Shown here in pieces: positions 36,560-47,765 of a stretch of 64,000 nucleotides of DNA (position 1 is its first letter; each line of letters opens with the position of its first letter). Source of the DNA: Podarcis bocagei (Eukaryota); assembly GCA_964188305.1 (NCBI GenBank), contig OZ076898.1; one strand, written 5' to 3'. The notes under the pieces were generated by a model. It ran no database searches, was not told the DNA's origin, and worked only from the letters and a program-made list of their open reading frames with translations. Position numbers and translations under genes: made by a program.

Positions 36560-36768
36560 CAGTGGTACCTCAGGTTACATACGCTTCAGGTTACAGACTC
36601 CGCTAACCCAGAAATAGTACCTTGGGTTAAGAACTTTGCTTCAGGATGAGAACAGATATCGTGCTCCGGCGGCGTGGCGGCAGCGGGAGGCCCCATTACC
36701 TAAAGCAGTGCTTCAGCTTAAGAACGGACCTCCGGAACAAATTAAGTTCTTAACCCAAGGTACCACTA
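36560..36768 (+). mobile_element. Tigger-like MITE
   Basis: TA|cagtggtacctc...ggtaccact; same family as 56558 and 59062. Confidence 0.8.
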
Positions 36769-37018
36769 CATAGATAGATATAAGCAGTGCTTTTTCTGGG
36801 GGTACACATGGGGTACACATTACTGGTACCTTCCCCCCCCCCAATATTAAAAGTGTACTTACTGTAATATCTTCATGGTGAGTACGGGCACCTTTTTAAT
36901 TTTTTTAAGCGTTGGATATTGTTCTAGCAATCTCACCCCTCTCAGCTCCCAAAGAATGCTACAGTCTCTCATTGTCACTGCTTTCCTTGCCATTTTTTTC
37001 CACCAGTAGGAGACCAAC

Positions 37019-37954
37019 ATGGCGAAGGAAAACATCACCTCGGTCACTGAGATCATCTTGATTGGGCTCACCAACCACCGAAAGACGCAGATTCTGCTCT
37101 TTGTGATCATCCTCATCATCTACTCCCTCACTCTTATGGGGAACTTGGTGATCATCTCGCTGGTGTGGACCGACTTGAGGCTCCACACGCCCATGTACTT
37201 CTTCCTAGCCAACCTCTCCTGCCTGGAGATCTGCCACATCACCTGCACTTTGCCCCCGATGCTAGCAAATCTCATGAGCCAGAATGGGACCATCTCTTTC
37301 ACATGCTGTGTGATCCAGATGCATGCCATTGGGTGCCTGGGTGGCACCGAGTGCATTCTCCTGGGTGTCATGGCTTATGACCGCTACTTGGCTATCTCCC
37401 ACCCACTGCTATATACCATCCTCATGGGCAGGTGGCGCCAGGTGCAGCTGGCCTCAGCCTCCTGGGCTGGTGGCATCATTGTCTCTACAACAAACATCAT
37501 CTGTGGCCTCCGCCTCCCGTTCTGTGGCCCCAACCACGTCAACCATTTCATCTGTGAGCTGCCGATCGTGTTGAAGCTGGCATGCGCCGACATCCATTCC
37601 ACAGAGATGATTGTTTTTGGGACGTCTGCGGTGGTGATCCTGACCTCTCTGGCTGTCATTCTGGCCTCCTACGGGCTCATTTTGTTCTCTGTGCTGAAGA
37701 TGCACTCAACCACTGGACTGCGCAAGGCCCTCTCCACGTGTGTGTCCCACCTGGCGGTCGTCATCCTGTTTTACAGCACGATAATTGCCGCATACGTGAA
37801 ACCCCCGTCAGTGACAGACCCCGACAGCGACAAGAAACTTGCTGTCTTTTACATCGTGGTCACCCCTCTTCTCAACCCAATCATCTACACCCTGCGCAAC
37901 AAGGATATCCACGCAGCAGCAGCAAAAGTCCTGCGCAGAAGGGGCTTGGAATAA
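37019..37954 (+). CDS. Olfactory receptor, class II, 311 aa (OR-1)
   Basis: Single-exon ORF with N-glycosylation site NIT, LHTPMYFFL, MAYDRYLAI, HFICE, KALSTCVSHL and PLLNPIIYTLRNKD. Upstream splice acceptor at about 37005-37008. Confidence 0.96.
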   Translation: MAKENITSVTEIILIGLTNHRKTQILLFVIILIIYSLTLMGNLVIISLVWTDLRLHTPMYFFLANLSCLEICHITCTLPPMLANLMSQNGTISFTCCVIQMHAIGCLGGTECILLGVMAYDRYLAISHPLLYTILMGRWRQVQLASASWAGGIIVSTTNIICGLRLPFCGPNHVNHFICELPIVLKLACADIHSTEMIVFGTSAVVILTSLAVILASYGLILFSVLKMHSTTGLRKALSTCVSHLAVVILFYSTIIAAYVKPPSVTDPDSDKKLAVFYIVVTPLLNPIIYTLRNKDIHAAAAKVLRRRGLE

Positions 37955-38197
37955 GATGCTGACGTCTTGTGTTATTAGTCTGGGTTTTGTCCAGTTTCTG
38001 CCAGTTCCCCTTAATGAATGCTGTGTGAGAAGACCTAATGTGCTTTGTATTTGCGTATCAAGTCTCTGCTTAGCCCAGAAGCCTAGTCAGAAGGCTTAGG
38101 TTTTGAGCAGTCTCCCTTACTCTTTTGTTCTCACAGAAGCAAATCACAAGCCTTATTTGTATCTTCAAAAGGTCATGTGGGGGCATACAGAGTATCA

Positions 38198-38375
38198 GGG
38201 TCATAGCTCAGTGGCAGAGCATGTGCTATTCATTCCAAAAGCCCCAGATTCAATCCCTGGCATCTCCAGGTTGCATTAGGAAGGACTCCTGCCCGAATCC
38301 CTAAAGCGCCAATGGCAATACATCATCAGCAATACTGATCTTAGTGGATTAATGGCTTGACTCAATACAGACGAA
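38198..38375 (+). mobile_element. tRNA-derived SINE (Squam2-like)
   Basis: tagctcagtgg A box, gattcaatccc B box, non-tRNA body. Confidence 0.7.
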
Positions 38376-38900
38376 TAGTGGAGGGGGGGAGCATGGGGGC
38401 CATAGCCCCAGGTGCATGATTTTGAGGGGGAGTGAACCAGGCACCCCCACGCAAGGATCCCCATCCTGCCCTGCCTACCACTGGGCGTCTCTGGGCCCCA
38501 GAACCCAGCTCTGCCTCGCCACCGCACCCCTGGCCTCCTTGCTTCATGCCATTCCCTCACTCAGTGCAAGGTCTGGGCTGGCATGATGGGTTCTGTTCAT
38601 CCTTCGTGCTGCGCCCCACCTGGCACACGTGTGCCAACAAATGGCACAACTCTGCCAACTCAGTATACAGCAGATTCCCACAACTAAATCAATCCTGACC
38701 GTTGGCCATGCTGGCAGAGACTGATGTCAGTTATGGTCCAAATTATCTGGGGGGGAGTCAGGTTCGGAAAGACTGACAAAGAGGAATCTGGAGTTTGTAC
38801 ACCATCCTCCAATATCCCCAACAGTGCTGGGTGTGTTTAATCCATCAGAAGGGAAGTGCTATAGGTTGAGTATGCTGGAAAGAGGTGTACAGGCAAATAC

Positions 38901-39222
38901 TGTAGCACCCTGCTTGTGGTTAACGCTTAGCTGGAATGAAATATTCAACGCAGCAATAGAGAAATTAAAATAATAATTTATTTGTCAGACAAATAAATGA
39001 GAGGCACAGTGGTATATGGTTACCAAGCTCTGGCCTGGCCTCCTGCCATTATGGCCAGCACTTATATTCCCTTAATCCAGCCCCCTTTGCTCCTCCTGTG
39101 GCTGCCTCTGTCCAATCAGCCTGGTTGGATTTCCTATTGGCTGATTGCTATAACCAATCCTAAAAGATACACCCATATCCTCCTGTCCTTATATGGAACA
39201 CAAAGAGCTATATATTGTTACA
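38901..39222. mobile_element. Possible solo LTR
   Basis: TG...CA termini (tgtagca / tgttaca), clustered CCAAT boxes, polyA-like signal on -; no TSD found. Confidence 0.35.
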
Positions 39223-40740
39223 TCTATAAATGACAAATAAGTAGTAATATATCTTACATGTGTCTCAACAAGGAATCTTAATTACCAGCTCACCTCTTGC
39301 CCTCCTTGCCCTATTGCCTTCTAAAACAAATGGTTAATCTTAAATTTTTATTTTAAACATATGTCAAGGATCTTGAGTTTCACATCAACATTGAAAGATC
39401 TCCTTCATTTGAAGGTTTCTAAACAAATGCCTGACAGCTATATATCAGGACTGCTTGGATGGCGTCTTCCTGTCTGGCAGGGGGGCTAGGCTGGTGGCTG
39501 ACTTAATTTCAGGATAAATACAACTCTTACAACTATATGAAATAAGAATCTAGCATTTCTTAAATCCTTTGCATAATTACATTTAAGCAAATATATTTAA
39601 TACATAACATAGGTAGCCTTTTAAAAGGAATAAGGCCTTTGTAAAGTAGAAAAAAGGAACTCAGTAAAAAACAGCTTTCAAAAGAAGCCTCTTCAGTTTA
39701 CACACACCCCCTTCAGCCAGCTGCTTTTCCCAACATTTATTGCCCTCTAACTCTCTCAGTTTAAGAAAGAAACAGCTTTAAAAAGACTTCCCAAAAATGC
39801 TCTCCCAAAAATGCTCTCTTCCAGCTAGATGCTTCTCCATTTGGTCTTGGCCTTTTAACCTTAGAAAGAAGATCTGGCTCATTTTACTGGGAGGCACATT
39901 GGTATTATTTTACTATTTACTCATTCCTAATTATGTTTATCTCTGCTTTTTTATCTTCTGTAACATGTAGGGTCAGTGTCCTCACTCTCAGTCTGTAATT
40001 CCAGCTTTTACGACTTTGAGAATTGTTTTCTGCTATAAATCAAGGGGCCCCTTGTCTAGGAGGAAAACATTGCCAAGGTTCTCTAAGCAGCTGTCTTCTG
40101 CCTGGCATGAAACTTTTGAAAATCTTTAAGCTCTCTCTCTTTAATATACAAGCCCTGATCAAACATTAATAAAATGCAGGCTTATGCCTGATGCCTCAAT
40201 ACAGTAAGCACTCTTAAAGCTGGTCAGTTTTTAAAAGCACACACAAACATTCCTCACTGGCTCTTTCAGTCTTCAGGATGCTGCTATTTGAGAAGCCAAA
40301 GTCTCTGTAATTCATGCTTATCTGGTGCGGCTTCTCTTGGGACTTAAAAAACAAAACAAAAATTAAATAACATTTATTCAAAAGTTACAAGACAGCTTGG
40401 TGCATTAGCTTAGCTAACTGACCATTTTACTTTGTCCTTTTGTTTCTTCTATAAAAGATTACAAAAATCAGTGTAGCTGAAAATGTTGAGAGCTTCTGAT
40501 ATATTTAGACTTTTTTTCATAATGATGACATACCTATAGTTTTCAGTTCAGTTAAAAACAACTTGAAAAACATTTTTGCATAAGATTATACCTTGTTGCT
40601 TGCTTTCATGCAAAAGGGTAACTTCTAGAACACAGTTCCCTAGAACAAGTTATTAGTGGACAGTGGCAGTTTGATATTCAGCATGGATTTTAGCCATGTG
40701 TATTGTTGTAGGAATAATGACCTCTTCACTGTATGAAAGC

Positions 40741-42141
40741 CTGGGTTACTATAAAGCAAAGAAGGAAGGGGAACCATTTTGCTGCTATGATTGCATTCTG
40801 TATCCACAAGAGTGGCTTTCCAACCAAACAGGTAACACATATCATGCCTAGAGCCTATCAAATGTACTTTCACTCAGGTATTAAGACATCCATTTCCATT
40901 ATCTTGAGATAATAGTTGAGGGGGGCCGCTAGGGGTGCCTTGGAAGATGGCCGACAATACCATCTCTCCTGCTCACACGAGGTAATTAAGGGGCTGATGA
41001 TGGGAGTAAATCAGCCTCCCGGGGTCTCCCCAGGGGATAGGGAGACACAGCCTCATCCGTGGTTGCCAATAAATCACCCCCGAGTTTGAAAGAAGGAGGG
41101 GGTGGGGGCACTGGACGGAAAGCCCTTGAGTGAGCTTTGGATCTCCCTGACGCTGCTTCTGAGAGCGACCTGGTTGCATTGCTTAAGATAAAATAATTTG
41201 ATGTAAAAAGTAAATGTACGTTTCGAGCGAAGGAGAGGGTGTTTTATCTGCTAATCAACTCTACCGCTGAGAAGTTAAGAGTGATGGGATGGATTGAACA
41301 GAAGACTACAGCAAAGAATCACAGCTATGTCGGTATGTTGAAACGGAACGGAAGGGGGGGGAAACTTCTTTCTTTTTCAATGTTTTACCTAACAACCCCT
41401 CCCCTAGAAGAACCGTCACAATGATTTATAGCAAGTGAGACTGGAAAATAAACTGTGTGGAAACAAATATTAATTAAAGGCTTTGCTTTGTTGAAGATTT
41501 GGAAAGGAAACTAAAGGCTTTCTTGGGGACGCAGTCATAAATCAGGATCCGCCATTATGAGACAGACTTTGTTGCGAGATTTACAGTCAAAGGGGGAGGT
41601 GAGCCACTGTTCTGCTATTTTATTTGGATTATGTCTATTTGGCAATATCCCCCCTGGAAAGACTGATTTATGGAACCACTGGTCTGGGAAAATTAATGAG
41701 CAGACACTTAGACTGTATTTCATCGGAACTGTCAAAATGGCGCCTGCCGCGTGAATAAGACTTTTGGATCAACGTGTAAGCCCACACAGAAACATAATAT
41801 TGCTTACTTCATCTCGCTTGTGGAAACAACTCGGAGGTTATTAAGAAGAAAAATGAGAACAGCAAGAAGAGTGAAAGATAGGACTTGTGAAATATCAAAG
41901 CAGCAGAAATATGAGATGATTGGACCCTTTCTGAGCTCGAACCATGGGTACCCCCAACAAAAATTTAAAATTCAGCAAACTATTTGGATTTTTATGATAT
42001 GTATTGATATAATCCGGAGTAATTAACGTGATATGACTGGGCTGTTAAACGGAAAATTAATAAAAATTATTTTTTAAAAAAGAGATAATAGTTGAGAATT
42101 CAGTGAAAAATGTGGTTCTTGATATGAGGTAAAGTCTGATA
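40741..42141 (+). pseudogene. Orphan V2R-A fragment (3' part of exon 5 plus start of intron 5), interrupted by an insertion
   Basis: 40741-40920 matches about 29643-29821 ([19 protein letters not shown], donor, intron). 42097-42141 matches about 30240-30284. No exons 1-4 or exon 6 nearby. Confidence 0.9.
40921..42081 (+). mobile_element. Non-autonomous L1-like retroelement with 15-bp TSD
   Basis: TSD gagataatagttgag at 40906-40920 and 42082-42096. 5' G-run plus aagatggccga; 3' aataaa and A-rich tail; no long ORF. Confidence 0.75.
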
Positions 42142-43848
42142 TACTCTAAATGCATCATCATTCCTGCTCTGGAAAAAGAAAGCCCCAAAAGTGTATCCCC
42201 ATATATTTCCCTCCAGTACAGCACCCTGGGGTGCACCTTGCCTCTGGGCAGCTCAGGATGAAGAGAGCTCTGGCAACCCCTGCTTGCTCTCACTCTCCCC
42301 TTGCTTTTGTGACCACTGACCTCCCTGAGACAAGAGGCAACAACAACAACAGGTTGATAATGATGCAAAGGAAAGCACCAAAGGGGGTTGGAACAGTCCC
42401 CATGGCATAGGTCCCCTGCCTTTCATTATCTTACTGGATCCTAAACCTTCATACAATACGAAGGTCAGAGAGAAAATAAAAACAGCCTGCAGCCCATCTC
42501 CATAATTAATTCCAATGGGTCTTCAGTAGGCAGCTGCAGATACTTCACACTTCTGTGCTGAAGGAGGAAACCACTAGGCACAAGGCTGCCAAGATCCTGC
42601 CACAAGCCATCTTTTGGAAGCAGCACAGAGATCACTGACCTCCATCATTGGTGCATGTTTGGGCAGGGAAAAAATAGCACAAGTCTCCCCGCATAGTTTC
42701 TGGTAGTTCGACAATCAGCTTTACTGTTCAGTATCCTGCCTTAGAAAGTGAAGTGGAGCCCACTTTCTTGAGGAGCAAAATCAGAGAGAAACATGAAGGT
42801 AAAGTCCTGTTCAGCCATTTGGAATTGAGATTGGTATCTGAGGGAGGGAGGGAAGTCCATCCCTATCATTAGGCGGAGTGACAATGGGCCACAGATGCGG
42901 GGGAGCAAGCAACAGTGGTGAGGTGCTGGAGAACAGCTGTGTGTCTTGTGCCCCCTTGCATTTCTGTCCCATCACTAATGTCAAAATCAGATTCAACCAC
43001 TGGTCTAGTTGATTTCAGTACATGGCAGAGGAGAGACACCATCATGTTCTTTGCCTTAGGCAGCAAAACGTCTTGGTCCAGACATGCCAGAGGAATAGAA
43101 GAGCACATCTCATTGTTTTAGCAGAGATTAATTAATTACTATGCCTCTTATTTAAGTTGCTAATATTCTGGGCCTTTTGCTCAAGGAAAGCTCACCCATT
43201 TCAATTCAATTTATAGATTGGGGGTTATAATTTGTATGGGTTTAGGGTTGCCCCAATCCCAGAGAATAGAGGGCAGAAAAGCGGAAAGGAACCAATCCTA
43301 TGGAAAGGAAGGGGGGAAGTCTCTAAGTGCCTAGGAGTTCACTGGAGCTTTCTCCATCTTTGTGATTGCAGGACCCATCCTCATGGTCCTCCCAGTAGTC
43401 TTGGCAATATTTTATAATGTGCAAAAATGTCTTTTTTAAAAAGAGAAAATCATTTGTCTTGCACATAACCATCTGACATGGTACAATCCAGGGCAGCTTT
43501 AACTTCTTGACTTAGCAGGTTGTAAAAACTGCTCAACGGGCAACCTGTGAGCTAGGTGAGATTAACTGCTAGGGGGTGAGGAGATGCTGGAAAAAGTTGC
43601 AGTAACATACAGATACCAAGTATTAATTTTATTTAATGTCACTTAATTAAAGTATATCACACACACACACACATTCTTAAGTAGTTTGTATAAAATAATA
43701 CTAAACATTCCTATAGAAATACTGATAGAATTTACCAGACTGATCTTTAGCTTATTGAAATTTTATGTTCAAGAGTGTCCCTGAGAAATGAAAAGTGTTC
43801 AAAATATGTTGGGCTTTAGAGATAGAGATAGAGATAGAGAGAGATATA

Positions 43849-44024
43849 CAGTGCTTTTTTTCTTAAAAAAATAATGTTTAGGGGTACTCTCATTTTGACT
43901 CAAGAAAATCACCAGTTTATAGTTGAAATCGGGAAAAATAAATGCAGTAAATGGACAAAAGTACAAAGATTCACAAAATGTTTAGGAGTATGCATACCCC
44001 TGTGCCCCCCCCCAAAAAGCACTG
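43849..44024. mobile_element. hAT-like MITE
   Basis: TIR cagtgcttttt / aaaaagcactg; 7/8 TSD gagatata / gatatata. Confidence 0.7.
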
Positions 44025-44043
44025 GATATATAGATAATATAAA

Positions 44044-44542
44044 CAGTGTTTTTACTGGGGGTATACATGGGGTACGCAGTACTGGCACCTTTCATCCCTC
44101 AAAATGTCAAAAGTGCATTTACTGTAATATTTTCATGGTGAGTAAAAAGGTAAAGGGACCCCTGACTGTTAAGTCCAGTTGTGGACAACTCTGGGGTTGT
44201 GGTGCTCATCTCGCTTTACTGGCTGAGGAAGCCGATGTTTGTCAGCAGACAGTTTTTTTGGCCAGCATGACTAAGCCACTTCTGGCAAAACCAGAGCAGT
44301 GCATGGAAACGCCGTTTACCTTCACATCATTTATCTTCTTGCACTTTGGCATGCTTTCAAACTGCTAGGTTGGCAGGAGCAGGGACCGAGCAACGGGAGC
44401 TCACCCCGTCACGGGGATTTGAACCGCCGACCTTCTGATCGGCAAGCCCTAGGCTCAGTGGTTTAGACCACAGCGCCACCCGCGTCCCTCTTTCATGGTG
44501 AGTACTGGCAGCTTTTAATTTCTTAAAAATTTTAAAGCACTG
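44044..44542. mobile_element. hAT-like MITE hosting a nested SINE
   Basis: cagtgtttt...aaagcactg termini, 7/8 TSD; uninterrupted paralog at about 36786-36915. Confidence 0.65.
44145..44490 (-). mobile_element. Sauria SINE with 14-bp TSD
   Basis: TSD tttcatggtgagta at 44131-44144 and 44491-44504; head gggacgcgggtggcgctgtggtctaaacc on -. Confidence 0.92.
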
Positions 44543-44694
44543 GATATAAATCTCGATGTTCCAGCAATCTCACTCCTCTCAGTTCCCAAAGAATGTTGCA
44601 GTCTCTCACTGTTGCTGCTTTCTCTTTCTTTTCTTTTCTTTGCAATTGCCAAAATGAGTTGTCATTTTCCTGCCAGTAGGAGGCCAGTGCGGGG

Positions 44695-45624
44695 ATGGAA
44701 AACAGCACGTCGATCACTGAGATTGTCTTGGTTGGACTCACCAACCACCGAAAGACGCAGATTCTGCTCTTTGTGATCATCCTCATCATCTACTCCCTCA
44801 CTCTTATGGGGAACTTGGTGATCATCTCGCTGGTGTGGACCGACTTGAGGCTCCACACGCCCATGTACTTCTTCCTCGCCAACCTCTCCTGCCTGGAGAT
44901 CTGCCACATCACCTGCACTTTGCCCCCGATGCTGGCAAACCTCCTGAGCCAGAATGGGACCGTCTCTTTCACACGCTGTGTGGTCCAGATGCATGCCATT
45001 GCGTGCATGGGCGGCACCGAGTGCATTCTCCTGGGTGTCATGGCTTATGACCGCTACTTGGCTATTTCCCACCCGCTGCTATATACCATCCTCATGGGCA
45101 GGTGGCGCCAGGTGCAGCTGGCCTCAGCCTCCTGGGCTGGTGGCATCATTGTCTCTACAACAAACGTCATCTGCGCCCTCCGCCTCCCGTATTGCGGTCC
45201 CAACCACATCAACCATTTCATCTGTGAGCTGCCGATCGTGATGAAGCTGGCATGCGCCGACATCCATTCCACAGAGATGATTGTTTTTGGGACGTCTGCG
45301 GTGGTGATCCTGACCTCTCTGGCTGTCATTCTGGCTTCCTACGGGCTCATTTTGTTCTCTGTGCTGAAGATGCACTCAACCACTGGACTGCGCAAGGCCC
45401 TCTCCACGTGTGTGTCCCACCTGGCGGTCGTCACCCTGTTTTACAGCACGGTCATTGCTGCGTACGTGAAACCCCCGTCAGTGACCGACCCCGACAGCGA
45501 CAAGAAACTCGCTGTCTTTTACATCGTGGTCACTCCTCTTCTCAACCCAATCATCTACACCCTGCGCAACAAGGATATTCATGCAGCAGCAGCAAAAGTC
45601 CTGCGCAGAAGGGGCTTTGAATAA
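44695..45624 (+). CDS. Olfactory receptor, class II, 309 aa (OR-2, close duplicate of OR-1)
   Basis: Same OR motifs; near-identical to 37019-37954, including flanks. Confidence 0.96.
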   Translation: MENSTSITEIVLVGLTNHRKTQILLFVIILIIYSLTLMGNLVIISLVWTDLRLHTPMYFFLANLSCLEICHITCTLPPMLANLLSQNGTVSFTRCVVQMHAIACMGGTECILLGVMAYDRYLAISHPLLYTILMGRWRQVQLASASWAGGIIVSTTNVICALRLPYCGPNHINHFICELPIVMKLACADIHSTEMIVFGTSAVVILTSLAVILASYGLILFSVLKMHSTTGLRKALSTCVSHLAVVTLFYSTVIAAYVKPPSVTDPDSDKKLAVFYIVVTPLLNPIIYTLRNKDIHAAAAKVLRRRGFE

Positions 45625-47685
45625 GATGCTGATGTCTCATGTTATTGGTCTGGGTTTTGTCCAGTTTCTGCCAGTTCCCCTTAATGAATGCTGTGTGAGA
45701 AGACCTAATGTGCTTTGTATTTGCGTATCAAGTCTCTGCTCAGCCCTGAAGCCTAGTCAGAAGGCTTAGGTTTTGAGCAGTCTCCCTTACTCGTTCTCAC
45801 AGAAGCAAACCACAAGCCCTCTTTGTATCTTCAAAACATCATGTGTGGGCTTTGGTAATGTTCAGGGTGGCAGGAGAGGCTATATTGTTTATTAATATTC
45901 TTCGTAACTTGGGCTAGCAAGTTCCTTTACTTAGCAGAGTGCCTTTCCCTTTACACAGCAGAAAACTAGTTGCAAACTCATGTGAGTTTCTTAAGACAAT
46001 ACGCAATTCAATCTGTCTTGTCCAGATTGAAAGGTGTTCGAACATTTTGCTGGTAAGACCCCCTGAATTCCTCCTAAAAGAATGAAGACGACAGTGTCTT
46101 TATTCATAAGAAATAAAAAGAAAGCTTGCTCACGATCAGGCAGAGCACAGTGTGATCCCTGAAGGCAGGCTTTAGGCTTAAAGTTACAAACGTATAAAAA
46201 CAGGTTTAACCCATAAGGGAGATTTACCTAGTGACTGCAGGCTAGCAGTCCAGCAGTTCAAAGGACGAAAGGAAGATGGAAAAGACACACAGTGGTAGCA
46301 TGCCTTGGCCTTTTACCAGGTCTAGAAAGGTCACGCCTAACCTCTAGTCACCTGCCAAGGGCTGATTCAACCGGCTAGGCTCCCCACAGTGTGAGCGGGC
46401 AGACATCCAGTGTGGATCCACGTGACTCTGGTGGCGAGGGCTGGGCTGGAGCAGTGGACTCTGTGAACGCTTCATGCCCTTCCCTCACTCGGTGCAAGGT
46501 CTGGGCTAGCATGATGGGTTCTGTTCATCCTCTGCGCTGCACCATGTTTAGGATAACCTCCATTTTTTGACATGATTTTTGAGTCAAAAAACCTTGTCTA
46601 ATACACTGAAAAATACGGTATTTAGACTTTTTTTCATAATGATGACATACCTATAGTTTTCAGCTCAATTTAAAACGATTTGAGAAACATTTTTGCATAA
46701 GATTATACCTTGTTGCTTGCTTTCATGCAAAAGGGTAACTTCTAGAACACAGTTCCCTAGAACAAGTTATTAGTGGAAATTGGCAGTTTGACATTCAGCG
46801 TGGATTTTAGCCATGTGTATTGTTGTAGGATTAATGATCTCTTCACTGTATGAAAGCCTAGGGAGAGCATTCTCTATCCAAACCTTTCCAGTTACGTAGC
46901 TAGCTTGGTGTTAACATTTTTTTGTTTAGAAAAAGACCAAGATCTAATGTGTTTTTAAGGTGTTGAAATTAAACATTAGTGCTTATTTTGGAAATGCATT
47001 GAGTGCTCTATTCCTGACAGCTGTTCAGATGAGATTGGATTTCATCAGTCCTCAAGCTAATTTCTACCATTCAGCCACAACTGTATTATACCAACACATA
47101 TCGTAATATATAAATATATATATATAACCCTGTACTCATTACTCGTCTGTCAGTTGTTGTTTTTCTTGGATTGAACTGTACTAGAATTCAATGTGACATT
47201 AAAAAAATGCAAATTTTCTATTTAAAAGAAAAAACATACAGTCAAAACACAATTTCATATTTTCTCTTATTTTTTCGACTTCCCACCCCTTGCTGTTTCT
47301 CCCCTTCTGCTGCACCCCATCTATCAAATCATAACCACAATATTATAATCTCATTATTTCTGCTGCTCATAGCTCAAATCCTGCTCTCCAGTTCATCATA
47401 CTGCAATATTTATTTAAATAGTCTAAAAAAGGCATCCGTTCTTCCATAAAACACGGTTAATTTTGTTGTTAATTTTGCCAGTTCTGGATAGCACATTACT
47501 GCATCTTACTTATCCATTCTTCTTTTGTTTGAACTTCTTCTTCCTTCCATTTCTGCACATATAGAAGCTTAGCTGTTGTTGTTTAATATTTAAGGGGGAG
47601 ACTTACGCTCCTTTAATCCCTGACAGAAATGCTTTGAGCTTTTTTGATATACTCATTTTAAACAACTTTTTAAAAAAAATCTCAT

Positions 47686-47687
47686 CA

Positions 47688-47761
<74 letters not shown>
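47686..47761. repeat. Compound (CA)n(GA)n microsatellite
   Basis: Seen directly in the sequence. Confidence 0.95.

Positions 47762-47765
<4 letters not shown>

Larger units (their letters stand above)
34458..40740 (+). repeat. Segmental duplication, OR unit copy 1 (paralog about 42143-46859)
   Basis: Collinear blocks 34458-35350 / 42143-43030, OR plus 3' flank, 38540-38610 / 46468-46540, and 40503-40742 / 46620-46859. Confidence 0.9.

Noticed and set aside
36959-37962. Many overlapping alternative-frame and antisense ORFs over the OR genes (also 44662-45620)
   Set aside because: Expected shadows of high-GC3 coding sequence, and repeated only because the gene is duplicated.
45850-46465. Possible LTR fragments (also about 48420-48870 and 55960-56220)
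   Set aside because: They look repeat-derived, but I could not define termini, TSDs or coding motifs well enough to call them.
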